64,000 nt of DNA from Camelus ferus (Eukaryota), in contig NC_045697.1 of NCBI RefSeq assembly GCF_009834535.1, positions 72,108,001 through 72,172,000 of the forward strand, in the 5' to 3' direction. This document shows, in pieces, positions 52,035 to 64,000 of the stretch. Positions within the stretch are counted from its first letter, which is position 1, and every line of letters starts with the position of its first letter. The notes below the pieces were generated by a model. That model saw only the letters and a program-made list of their open reading frames with translations, made no database searches and had not been told where the DNA came from. The position numbers were made by a program, and so were the translations under genes.

Positions 52035-53835
52035 GGCCTCAGTCTTTTTGTTGATTTGCTGTGAATAGGTGAAGGGCAATGAGACAGACCCTCAGTAAAG
52101 TTGTGTTGTCGGGGAAATTTGCCTTTGATTTGCCAGCTTTGCATTTTGCTTCCCTTCTCTCCTTGTACCCCACTTCTAGACCCAGGCTATTCTAATTTCT
52201 CATCCCTGTTTCAAAACAAACAAAAAAATCAAAGTACTGTGATTACTTACCTCTTGGGTAATATTGTGTATCGTCTTACCAGTCTTTTTTGCATCGTAAG
52301 TCTCCTGTCGTAGCTGTCGTGTGGAATGGAAAATGTCTTTCCTATTCAAGGTGTTAGGCAGAGTATATATGATATTTTAGCCACAGTCTTATGGTCTCAA
52401 GTCCTTTAGAATATGGATGAGGAAAGAGGGGCAATGATAAACAAGAGAATTAGCACTTACTAAAGATTTGCCAAGTGATCATCCTTTCTAACCCTCATAA
52501 CAGCCCTGGAGGTAAAAAGTGTAATAATGCCTGTGAGAAAACTGAGGCTCTTAGAGGTTCTTCCTCATGGGACTGGTGGCTCGTTAACCAACAGCAGACT
52601 CCTGCTCATTGAACTCATATGGAATGTGTGCCCTCCGGGTGCTGGGGGCAGGGACCGAGGGGCCGGGACATGGGAGAACAATGGTGATAAAGATGCAGAA
52701 AATTATCACTCTGGAAAACAAGGGAGAGAGAGGGTCAAGGGCAAAGGGTACCAGGTATTAGGGAGTCAGATCCAGCATCTATCTTTTTAGCACATCTGTC
52801 TGTGTGTCCTGTATATCAATAGTGTATTTGTTTATATGTGCACTTGTGATAAGGATTATTGAAAGACATGTTATCAGTATGGACACCAATTGTAATTACT
52901 GAAGAGTTAACATTAAGAGAAAAAATGGGAGTTTTTTCTGGACTGTCTATACAAAAAGTATGCATTACGGTGTTTTCATGAACTGTTTATGTCTATGGCT
53001 CCAGTCTTTTGTGGCTAAGTAACAATTCTTGATACTAAAAAATACATGACATTAATGTTGTTGTAAATTTATTCCCTAAACAAAAACTTTATGTAACTAT
53101 TTATGCTCAGCCTTCATACATCCTTCTCATGTAGTGTTTCTGCCTCACATTTCCAAAATAGTCTAGAAGTAAAACAATCTAATGGACATTAGATATTCTT
53201 GTCAAATCATGGTTTCCGTTTCAAGGAGTTTAATACTCAGTGGGAGGAATAGATATATAAACAACTAATAATAAAAGAAGGCAAAATATAAATGTGTAAG
53301 ATCAGTCATTATTAAACTTGAGCCACAGCTTTATTGTTTCACCCAATTATTTTTTATTCACTAATTCAACATACATTTATTAAGCATTTAATCCAGTTGT
53401 AAGAAAACAAAGAACAGTTTAGAGAGTCTATTACAAACTGTCATGGGTCTCTTTGCCTGTCCTCATTCACTGAGAGTTTAAATGACTCTGCTCTTTGTAA
53501 TAGTTAAAGGAAGTAATTGTATTTATCTTAGAAGCTCTTAATCAGAAGGATGGGGAGGAGGGAAAGAAACAGTCATGAGATACTTTTTTCCAGAGCACTT
53601 TCCCAGTATCACCTTTAATAGTCTTTTTCATGAAGGATAGCTGAGGGTGACCTTTCAGTTTGTGAAGGGAATTTAAATCCTTTTTGCCTGTAAAATTTAG
53701 GCGGAGGAAGGACTTACTCTCCGTGTGTGTGTTTATCAGGAGGATCTTCACAATTGTGCTGTCTTCTGCACAGTTAGCTAAGCACGCGCTCCCTGTGAGG
53801 CTGGGAGAGAGGCAGTGGGACAGATGCAGCTGCAT

Positions 53836-54053
53836 CAGGGTTTCTCAGACTCATCACTGCTGGTATTTTGGGCGGGAAAACTTTATGTTTTGGAGGGTTT
53901 TCCAGTTCATGGTAGGGTATTCAGCAGCATTCCTGACTTCTACCCACTAGGTACCAGTAGCTTCCTACAGTTGTGACAACCAAAAAATGTGTCGAGATAT
54001 TGCCAAATGCCCTGGGGGTAGGGGAGCAAAATCACCCTGTCTTAGAACCACTG
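53836..54053. mobile_element. MER20 hAT-Charlie DNA transposon relic
   Basis: CAGGGTTTCTCA...TACCCACTAGGTACCAGTAGC...GTTGTGACAACCAAAAAATGTG...TTGCCAAATG...AGAACCACTG. Confidence 0.85.
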
Positions 54054-55299
54054 ATCTAGGTGCAGTGTCGAATCAACCTTTACCTTTCTCCTTTGCGTAC
54101 GTTTCTACTATGTAAAACTGTAGTACGTAGGTTATATAGACTTGTCTGAGTATATTATTTTGTAAACGTATGTATTTTTCCTGATTATTAGATACTTATT
54201 TTCAAGATGATGGTTGTGGTGACTCTATAATTTCTTCTAGAATCTCTGAGTTAGCATCCCTGGATATTAAGGAGAAAGGTAGAAAGCAGAAGAAAGAAAA
54301 CACAGATCCCAAACATTCAATATTCTATGATAACTGCATACCTAACAGTTAACATAGGAGTTCTGTTGGCTCTCCGCTGTAAACTGCTACAGAAGAGAAA
54401 GTGAAAGTGCGGGTGGATTCAGTCAAGGCTGTAAACCTCCAGAGAGGGTGTGAGCCAGGGGAGAAGCTATGGAATTGCCCTCCTCCTCCCTTCCAGCAGA
54501 GGGAGGTATAGTGGAGAGTGTCCCACACTCTCCCCAAATTCCATTTCCGCAGGAACGTCAGTGGGAGAGCATTTACATTTACTGGAAGGAAATGGTATTT
54601 CTGAAATTTTACATACGCTACATACTTGCTAAAGTACATGGTTCAGGCTTAACAGTAAAATGTCATGGGCTCTGCCTTTTCCTCACCTGCAGCCTCTTAC
54701 TCTTTTCTCCTCCAGCCTCGCCCCCTCTTCCTTCCCATCATGCCTCTGTGAGGACCCACCACGCCCTGAGAAGCTGGTGGTTTGTCCAGCACTCAGTCAC
54801 CCACAGGCAGCAGCAAAGGGGCAGGGCTAACCTGAAAGCTGCTGGGGCTGGCTGTGGTTTGGGGGCTACAGACCCTTAGCTGTGCTTTACAGAGCTTATA
54901 AACATTTAACCTGCCTGGATTTCTCTCTCGCTGATTGTCCACATATGATACAAATTAAATCATTTTAAAACCAACTCTAGGAGTCTACCCCGGTCCTCCT
55001 TTTTCTACTGAATTTTTGTCCCATGCTTAAAACCCTATTTCCAATAAGCTGAGTATAGGCTAGGCTTAGACACACTCTTACCACGTGGAGATTATTTCTA
55101 GAATTAGGGCTACTGGACCATCTGGTGTTCTGCATGTTTCACGTCAGAGAATACCATTTAGCTTTCAAGAGTCTTGCTATGTAAGTCTTCACATTCTTTT
55201 TAAAAAAAAACTGTTCTAATTATAAAATATTTCAAGCATACAGAACATTTAAAAATTGATGTAAAGGATACCACATACCACCACCTGATTTAATAGGTA

Positions 55300-55614
55300 C
55301 AGTCTTCCCTCAGTGTCCTGGAGGATTGGTTCTAGGACCCTGCAAGATACCAAAATTCACAGATGCTCAGGTCCCTTGTAAAAAAATGGGGCAGTATTTG
55401 CATATAACCTATGCACATTCTTCTGTATACTTTAGATCATCTCTAGATTACTTTTAATACCTAATGCATTGTAAATGCTGTATAAATAGTTGCCAGTGCA
55501 TGGCAAAGTAAGTTTTACTTTTTGGAATTTTCTGGAATTAAAAAATATATATATTTTCCATCTGCAGTTGGTTGAATCATGGATGCAGAACCCGAGGATA
55601 CAGAGGGCTAACTG
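55300..55614. mobile_element. MER2-like TcMar-Tigger DNA transposon
   Basis: TA|CAGT...ACTG|TA termini with TA target duplication. Internal GATACCAAAATTCACAGATGCTCAGGTCCC and GTATTTGCATATAACCTATGCACA. Confidence 0.88.
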
Positions 55615-58600
55615 TATTACCATTTTATCATATTTGCTTCTGATCTCTTTCTAAAATAAAATATAGTAACAACTAAAGCCCTGCCCATCTGTCACTTTTT
55701 CCTTCTTCTTCATGGTAAACTTTCGATCTCTGATATATTTTAATATTTTTACTATATAAGTATGCTTCCCTGAGTATTGGGATTTTCCTGGTTTCAACTT
55801 CAATTTTCTATTATGCACGATGGCTTATTTTCAGGGCAATAAGAGTTAAAACTGGGCTCCACTGAAGATTAATGTTCACTTTGATTCTGTTGATTCCTCT
55901 TTATCATCTAGATAAAATGTATTCATTCACAATGTGGACTTTACAGCAAATAATAATATTTGGAGAAAAATGTAGGGAAAGGAAATATGCAGACTAACCT
56001 TGCATCTTGCCCTTTTTAAAGAAAAGCTGTCCTTTTGTCAAACATTTTATAATCCATTATACTGTCCTATAAAGCTTCGCTTTAAAGTTTCCTTCGTTCT
56101 CATTTCATCATGAAACTCCTAATGGGAGAGGCTGGCAGAAAAGCACAAGTACCTTCCTCGAGGCCAAGCTTGTCCCTGCCTGTTTTTGACTCAGCAAGGA
56201 GTGCCAGGGAAGGCTCACTTCCCTCTTTCCCGAAAGTTATTCATGAGATTTTTTTTTTAGTTAATCAAACTACCTTCCTCTTCACAGAGGTGGAAAGGTG
56301 CCAAGAGGAACAGCCCCATGGGGCTTCAGAAACCCTCACTGATTCTCTTCCAGAGTGGCCAGAAAGCAGGCATCCTCAGCTCACATGACATCCTCCAGCG
56401 TGCCCCCCCCCCCCACCAACCAGAAAGCTGTCCGTGACCTTGACTCTAAAATACGAATAGCTGACCAGTTGGTATTCTTATTTTCTCTTTAGTTATAAAT
56501 ATCAAATGCAATGGACCACAACTTGAAACACAGCTGATGTAAGTGTAACTATTTTTAATCAAATGTTTTCTGAAAGCTGGTTCTCACATATGTTTTCTTT
56601 CTTGAGTGTTTTATGTTGAACAGAGGCATGTGTTGAAATGTTTAGGTCAACAACAACTTTTTTGTTGTCCTCCCCACAATCGTTGGTTTTTGGTTTTGTT
56701 TTTTTTCTCACGTCTCCACTCTCGGTGCCCCTCTCACTTAAAAATCCTAAATGTTAAGTTTCAGTCAAGGTCACATACAGCCTGGCTGATCTGCTGTGGC
56801 GTTTAGGGATATCACATATCTTTGTGTAATCTCTCTTTCCTTTGTATAGACTTGTCTGGTTCAGAAGTTTTGCTATTTTAAAGACCTAGTTATAATGCTA
56901 ATTTTGAATGGTTTAATCTGAGTCAGTTACTAAAAACAACAGGGAAGAAGACCATCAATAATCAATTAGGCATGTACCTAGAACCTACCTCGTAGCATTT
57001 TTAAAGTTTCCATCAATACCCCTAAGCTGTTCTCTGTTTGCATGTGTTAACAAGGGGAAATAATCATATCCCCAAGGTCCAGAGTCCTGTGTGCTGTATA
57101 TTGAAGAGAAGGGCTTTGTAACCTGGATTCCCTTTCACTCGCATCAGAGCAATTTTGGACTTCTGAATTTATATGCCGAATTTTGTGTATATGTATACAC
57201 ATATTTCTGGGGAGATAATTATAACTTTTTATCAGATTTTCAAAAGGAAAGACTCAAACATGGTTACGAACCAGTGCTGCAGAGTATATGTCACTTTAGC
57301 TTTTTGACAGTGGCCAATTTAAAAAAAAAAACTGCTAACGAAAAGCAGCCAATTAAAAAAAAGATATATGGAATGTCTTTAAATTTTTTCATATTTATTT
57401 TTGTACTTTTAATTTTATATTTACATTTTTGCATTTTTTATTGCTTTTTGGTAAGTTAAAATAATTAAAGTTGCTCAATACAGGGCCCAAGAAAGCCTCC
57501 CTTCACTTTGGGTATGGGGTGGGGAAGCGGGGAGACAGAATCACAGCCCAAAAAGGCAAACAGTCTTCACTGCTTTTTCTCTCTTGCTCTTCCATAGAGG
57601 TGCTGATTAAGCATGAAGTTAACCATTAGTGGTTGAAGCCAAAAGAGAGAAAACAGTACATTTAACAAATACTCATTGAGCACTATGTGTCAGGTCCCCT
57701 CTAGGCAAGCAGACAAAACTACTTCCCATGTGTAACCACAATCTAGACTTCTGGATAATTTTTCTTTCAGGTAGTTCATAAGTTTTTTATTTGGTACCTA
57801 GAACAGAATATTACCTTGTGAAACATTTTTTAGAACAGCCCTTTAAATTCACTGTACATATTCATAGTCTGCATTATGAACTGGAGAAAGCTACTCATTA
57901 GAGGAATTCTTCTGGGTCATAGCTGTGAAACTTAACCCTTAGAAATTATCAAGAGAACCATAGACTTACTGAATTTACAACTTGTCTGAATTTCAAGCTT
58001 TGTTTTTGTCCATCCGAAGCTTGGTGACCTTCCCCTGTTGTCCATTCCCATTTTTCTCCTCTCTACTCTTCCTTAAATATGTGATTATTCCTGGGACCAC
58101 TGTTCAATCTAAAGCAAATCTCTGGTGGCTTCTTCTAACCGCAGTGGTCTCAGTCTGAAGACTATATAGCCTTTCCTCATTCCATCCAGGAATTTGGGTC
58201 TCATAAAGTCACACACTGGTAATTCTTCTTGATAAGGTAAAAATACATGGAAGTGCGACCGCCCCCAAGCGTGCAACACCTCCTCTACCACGGACAAGCT
58301 GCTTTTCAGCTTGTCAGCAGGTCTAGAGGTGAGGCTGTAAACTTCCCTGCAGTCTCAATCTCCTCTCCCCACCCTCCAGGTGGATTCCAGATCAGAATCC
58401 TCCAGTCTCCAGTCACCTCTCTGAGGTTGCGTCGGGGTGGACTAGAAGGTGCTTGCAGATGTTCACAGACAGTGCCTCTCACCTTTAAGTACTCATTCAC
58501 CCAACAGAGCGGTTATGAGGATGGCTTGCTGTGCTTCCTTGCATCATCTCATTTGATCACCGCAGCCCACTGAGAGTTTCAGTGATCCTCGCTGGACAGT

Positions 58601-58919
58601 CAAGGAACCAAAGTCCGGAGGCGTTAAGAAGCTTTCCCCTGGGTCTCAGTCTTCCAGGGGTGGAGCCCGAGATTTCAGTTCAGGAAGTAGGATCAGATTT
58701 TTAACCATCGTGGGCTACTATTAATTATTATGGTATTAAAGGTCTGTCTCTACTTGTGGAGGTCTTTAAATCTGTAGGTCTCGACCATGGGTGTGCATCA
58801 GAATCACCCAAGAATATTTTAACTGCAGAGATGCCAGGGGCCCACTTTACACATGCTAAATCACAGTGGATCATTTAGCCGATCTACGATTCTATGGTAG
58901 TTTCTAAGGGTTTGTGTTA

Positions 58920-59200
58920 TATAACAGATGAATGAATAGATAAATCATGGTGTAACCATAGAGTAAATATTATGCTACTGTTTTAAAAAATAATTATGAA
59001 CACTGTACAACATAGGAAAGGCTTATGACCTCGTGTTAAGAAAAAAGCAGGATTCCAGATGTAAAATATAATCACTGAAGTGATTTAACTCGGTGAATGA
59101 GTTAAAATCAAGATTAGGGACAGTGGAAGAAAAAAATAACCAAATTTAAAAATAGATCTAAAGTAATTTCCTGGAATGTGGCAGAGAGAGACAGAAAACT
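58920..59200 (+). mobile_element. L1ME-like 3' fragment
   Basis: GAATAGATAAATCATGGTG...ATATTATGCTACTGTTTTAAAAAATAA...GTTAAGAAAAAAGCAGG. Confidence 0.55.
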
Positions 59201-59409
59201 TGAAAGAAGGGGTGAAATTCAGGTTGCAAGAAAGAGTAACAGGTGTGCAACTGAAGTCCTGGAAGGCGGTACTGAAGCTGCAGAGTCCTGGTCCTGCACT
59301 TAGAAGTCCTCGTCTCGGATGGGGTTCGGGTGCCTTGTGGACCACACTTTTAGGTGTTGAAGCACTGACTCAAGGCAGTTAGTTCAGGGCTGGGAATGAT
59401 GCTGATCCC

Positions 59410-59560
59410 CTGTTTTGCCTCTTACTGGCAGTGTTACTTAACTTGGCCCATCCTCAGTTTCTTCATCAGTAAGGTTGAGACAAATAATACTTGCTTCATA
59501 GGACATACGTTTAAATTGAGTTGTTCGGTGCATGGCACATGGTAAGCACTTAAAAATGGT
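59410..59560 (+). mobile_element. MIR fragment
   Basis: CCTCAGTTTCTTCATCAGTAAGG...TGGCACATGGTAAGCACTTAA. Confidence 0.65.
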
Positions 59561-59933
59561 AGTTACTTCTGTGTTTATATTCCAAAATACACCAATTTGA
59601 GTACTGAGTGGCAGCTTTGCTGATTGGTTTATGGGATCATGGAGCCGCACAAAAGTTTCACCAGCCTACTGATTTGTTTTCGGCATAACTTCACTCATTA
59701 GCGTTGCTTCCACTCTATTTACACCATGTCCTTCTTTCCATCTGGGGTTATTAAGGTAGGAGATTGAAAACGGATGCTGCGCCGAAAACTTACCTTAAGA
59801 TGTATTGTAATATGTGATTTCTTGTGAAAATCTTACAGGTAGCAAGAGGCCAGAAAGGAATTTATTAAATTCTTTTTAGGCTCCTTAACTGTGTTCTCTT
59901 AGGCATTATGCACATGATAATTTGCACAAGTAT

Positions 59934-60390
59934 TGTAGTGGTTTCCTGGGGGCTGCCATAACAAATTACCACAAATTACGCGGTTTAAAGCAACAGAAAT
60001 TTATTCTCTCACAGTCCTGGAAGCTGGAAGTCCAAAATCAAGTAGTCAGCAGGGCCGTGCTCCCTCTGAGGACTCTAGAGAAGAACCCTTCCTTGCCTTT
60101 TTCTAGCTTTTGGTGGTTGCCGGCAGTCCTTGCCTTTCTTTAGCTTGTAGCTGTATCACTCCAGTTTCCGCCTCTGTCTTCCCATGACTGTCTTCCCTCT
60201 GTCTTTCTGTGTCTGAGTCTCCCTTTCTCTCATAAAGATACCAGTCATTGTGTTAAGGGCCCATCATAATCCAGACTGAACTTGTCTTGAATTAATTATG
60301 TCTGCAAAGACCCTATTTCCAAATAAGGTCACATTCTGAGCTTCTAGGTAGACATGAGTTTTGGGGGGTACAATATTCAAACCCATTACA
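59934..60390 (-). mobile_element. MaLR solo LTR (MLT1C-like) with 5-bp TSD AGTAT
   Basis: TG...CA termini. AGTAT at 59929-59933 and 60391-60395. Internal GGCTGCCATAACAAATTACCACAAA and CCCTATTTCCAAATAAGGTCACATTC. Confidence 0.9.
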
Positions 60391-60621
60391 AGTATATTAT
60401 GGCATTAAGCTTATAAACCAGGTTCTGAAAGTATGGGTAATGGCCATTTTAGCCCCACAATGCAGTGGGAAAGACATTTACACGTATCCATGGTACCCCT
60501 TATGTATCATTGTTATGTATTTGGGGAGTAGTAGAAATCTTTCAAATTGGAGAAGTTTGCCAGTATTTTGAGTAATTTACTTAATAAAGTAATTCCTGTG
60601 ATATTTCTCCATTGAGTAGGA

Positions 60622-60830
60622 TAGTGGTGGGCTAGTGAATGTTTAACAACTGGCTGTCCAGGAAAAAAAGCAAACCAAAGTAAAATCCTGATTTGTAGTA
60701 TTTGTCAATTTCCTTGATGTCCACCACGGTCAGTTTCAAGCTGTCAACATGAAGTCAACTGGCTTGCAGAATTTCTGAAAATTTAACAATTAACCCTTGT
60801 GCATTGGTCAGGCAACTCCAACATACCACT
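60622..60830. mobile_element. MER63-like hAT-Blackjack element
   Basis: AGTGGTGGGCTAGTGAATGTTTAACAACTGGCT...CCAACATACCACT, with imperfect terminal inverted repeats. Confidence 0.65.
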
Positions 60831-63129
60831 TCGAGGTTTCATAAACAAAACAGCTAGGAGATCACATCCTAGATACTAACCCAATGAGCAACAGTCAGAT
60901 CAGGAGATGATAATAAATTGCTTCATGTAAGTTTCTTTATTCATGTGTTACATAATACCCAGGGACTTTGCAGGATCTGGGTAAACCCATTAAGTTGCTA
61001 TAGTGGAGACATCCGTCGTATAGTAGTTAAATAGAGCTGTGGTTTAGTGAGCGAAATACCATACTTGAAAGCCAAAGCTAGATTTTACTTGAGATTGTAT
61101 GATGACAGATGGTGTGATCTTCAACATAATTTCTGCAGACTTTTTAAAAGGTACTCAAATTTTAATAAGATCCTCTGTACACACATTTATTTGCTACTGA
61201 AAATTGAAATAGCACATCAAAAATTTTTATTACAATTCAAATTTTTGAAAACCAGAGAATTTAGTTAGTATACGCTGCTGTAATAATACTCTGGCCAAAC
61301 CCCATAACGTTTTCTTTGCAGTCTTTCCACACGAGTTAGTTTCAAATTCTTAATACTGGGTTTCATCTTAGTGACTTTAGGCTTCTAAAATAGGCAATAC
61401 TTGAGATCTGTTAGTGCTTCTTTGTGTTTTCCTCGTTTATAAGATGAAAATAAAAATACCTACTTTGCAAGAATAGTATTAGGATTAAGTGAAGTAATTG
61501 ACATAAAAGCACCTAGCACAGTCCTTGACACGTCTATAGCATTAAATGTTCATTCAGGACATGTTTATGTTTTTTAACAAAAAAGTGTCATGAAAAGATG
61601 CCTGTGATGTGACTGTTAGCTCCATGAGGACAGGGATTTTTTTTTTTTTTCTGTTGTATTTACTGCTGTATCTTCAGCACCTGGAGTAGTATATAATACA
61701 TGATTGGTAGCCAGTAATTATTTTTATAATGAATGAATCGTCAACATGCAGGAGATGCTAGAATTATCTTCCCAAAACAAGGACTAGTACGATCATGATG
61801 CAGCTAAAGAAGAGACAGATAACATGATATTCTAATAATAATAATAATAGGTGGTTATTGGAAACAGTCTTCTACCAGGCTCCCCTCCACCTGCTGCTCC
61901 ATCTTGTTCTTCCCATCTCACCAGCCTTCTTTTCCTTTTCCTCCCTTCTCACCTGACTCGGAATCAAGTGATCCATGTCCTGGTCAATGAGTTGGGACAC
62001 TGTGACTTAGACCTTAGGCATGTCGGCAAACTTCCAGGTTGAAATGGGCTTTTCCTGCCTCAGTTTCTCTACCCACTGGAATCCTTCCATGGCCACTGGG
62101 GGGAAAAAACAGCTAAAACTGAGCAAAGAAAATGGAACAATTTGTTCTTAAAAACTGAAAAGTCCAAAAGAAGAGCCAGCTAGCTTCAAACTCCACTGGA
62201 TTCAGAGCTGACACTCTATCATTTGGTTTCTCTCTGCCTGTCGGCTCTGACCTGTGTAGTGCAGGCTCCCACCTTTGGCTCCAGCAGCAGCCTCAGGCTC
62301 ACTCTGTTAGGACACCACGTCCTGCAGCAGAAAGCCTGTTTCCTTGGAAGCTGAACCAGGTTTAAAAGGGCCCAGATTGAAGGTTTCTAGGCCCTGATTG
62401 ATCTGCAGTGTTTCATAGCCCATCCCTGGAGGTAACACGGGGACAGGGAACGTGGGACAAAGTGATTGTGTAACAGCCATTCCTGTGCTGGATCTGGCAG
62501 TGGGGCTAGCTACACCTTCAACATGTGGACCAAATGGGTATGGAGGATCCCCAGGCAAAAAAATATGAGTACTGGTGAAATTCAAAGAGGGAGCAAATAT
62601 AACAAATCCCAATTAACTTCTCCACCTATGAGCAAACCAAGACTTCAAAACCCCTTTCATTATTGAAATTGTGTGATCATGTGTACCCCCTCACTAGGGA
62701 ATGTCTAGTCTTTGTGCCATTCCCATTGTTTTATTTTTCAAGTAAGAGCTGTTTTTTATTTATTTAAAAGTGTCATATGCATTTAATAGAAATTCAAATA
62801 ATATGAAGACATATATAGAGAAAAGTAAGTTTCCCTTCTATCCAAGGTCCCTCTCCTCCCTAGAGAGAAGCACTGTTATGAATCTCTTGAATAGGCTTCC
62901 AAAAATAATTCTATGCATATACAAGCCTATGTGTATATGTTTATGTGTGTAAACATGTGTGTTTATACATGCAAATACATAGAAAACAAACTATAAAGCA
63001 TATTCATTTATACACACACACCTATTCTGTTAATCTATAACATATTCTGCCCCTTGCTTTTTTTATGTAACGGACATGGTAGGACATTCCTCAGCAGCTT
63101 TCAGACCTCTAGGGAAGTGACAAAGCAGA

Positions 63130-63325
63130 ATGATTAGTAGCAGACTCCAGAGCACGCTGCCCTGCGTTCAAGTCCCACCCTCCCCCTTAGTGGTAGTTTA
63201 ACCTTGGACAAGTTGGTTAACCTCTCTGTGCATCTACAAAAGACACAGCGTTGTTGAGAAGATTAAAATGAGTTCATATATATATAAAGCAGGGCCCAAC
63301 AGGTGGTAAGTGCTCTGTGAATAGC
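63130..63325 (+). mobile_element. MIR SINE
   Basis: GCGTTCAAGTCCCACC...ACCTTGGACAAGTTGGTTAACCTCTCTGTGC...GTTGAGAAGATTAAAATGAG. Confidence 0.7.
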
Positions 63326-64000
63326 AGCTTTGGGTATCTCCTTTACTCTTTGTAAGGCATTCCATTGATCAAGTGCAACTTCTCATTGCTGCTTTTGTAC
63401 GTAAACCATCTTTTATAGCCTCTGAATCCACTTTCCTTTCATCTGTCAAAGACAAGCTCAAAACACCTACCCTGATAATCCTCCTTGATCCTGATTTCTC
63501 CCTCACACTGAAATCTTTATATTTTTTAAATGTATTTGTCATTAAGTTGCCTTTTAATAGCCATGAAGTTTATTTTTTCTATAAATGTTCTTTCTGAATA
63601 GTGGGGAGGTTTTATCCTGAATTTATTTTTAGCTCTTTGGAATATCATCTCATCTCCTTGTTGTATAATTTATTTCCTACATAGTTTCCTGACGTATTTT
63701 TCTTTTTTATTTTTACTGACATATTTTTCAGCATAACAGCTCCTTTTGGAAAGTCTGCACTGATTTGCCCTCATTTCTCTAACTGAGTTAGTTGACTTCT
63801 TACGGTACCTCCTTACCAGGCCCATGAAATCTTTGCATTATCTCTGTTACTGCTCCTCATACTGCTTCAGTTACTCGCTTATATGCCTGTCTCCCCATCT
63901 CTAGACTTTATTTCTTGAGGGCAAGCACCATGTCATATTCTTCATGATAGAGTCTCCTGCTGAGAGATGTACAACTGTTTGCTGAATTAAGCTAAATTCT

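Noticed and set aside
54469..54879. 136-aa ORF in intron 5 (and a 122-aa ORF at 57091) as additional NFKB1 exons
   Set aside because: They show no similarity to the expected next RHD sequence (ICNYVGPAKV) or to any protein I recognise.

Overview
This is mammalian genomic DNA, not prokaryotic. It is probably camelid, because it carries several short tRNA-derived SINEs resembling the camelid Vic-1 family. The window holds the 5' part of NFKB1 (NF-kB p105/p50) on the + strand. A CpG-island promoter (~16540-17780) carries CRE, kB and ETS motifs at the start site. Non-coding exon 1 spans ~16927-17419 and is followed by a 21.3-kb intron. Coding exons 2-5 (38703-38741, 42818-42893, 46690-46730, 50766-50864) splice in frame to [85 protein letters not shown], the start of the Rel homology domain. 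The remaining exons lie beyond the window. The rest is intergenic or intronic DNA rich in L1, L2, MIR, MaLR LTR, MER DNA-transposon and SINE relics. None of the ORFs in the supplied track appears to be a real gene. I cannot support a wholly new biological system here. The most unusual structures are: a 46-bp inverted repeat in intron 1 whose six mismatches are all C.A (all G.U on the antisense strand); a ~300-bp diverged direct duplication in intron 1; an L1 insertion with a ~45-bp target-site duplication; a short L1 with an apparent 3' transduction; and candidate kB/CRE/IRF intronic enhancers. Repeat family names and comparisons with human come from recall, were not computed, and repeat boundaries are approximate.
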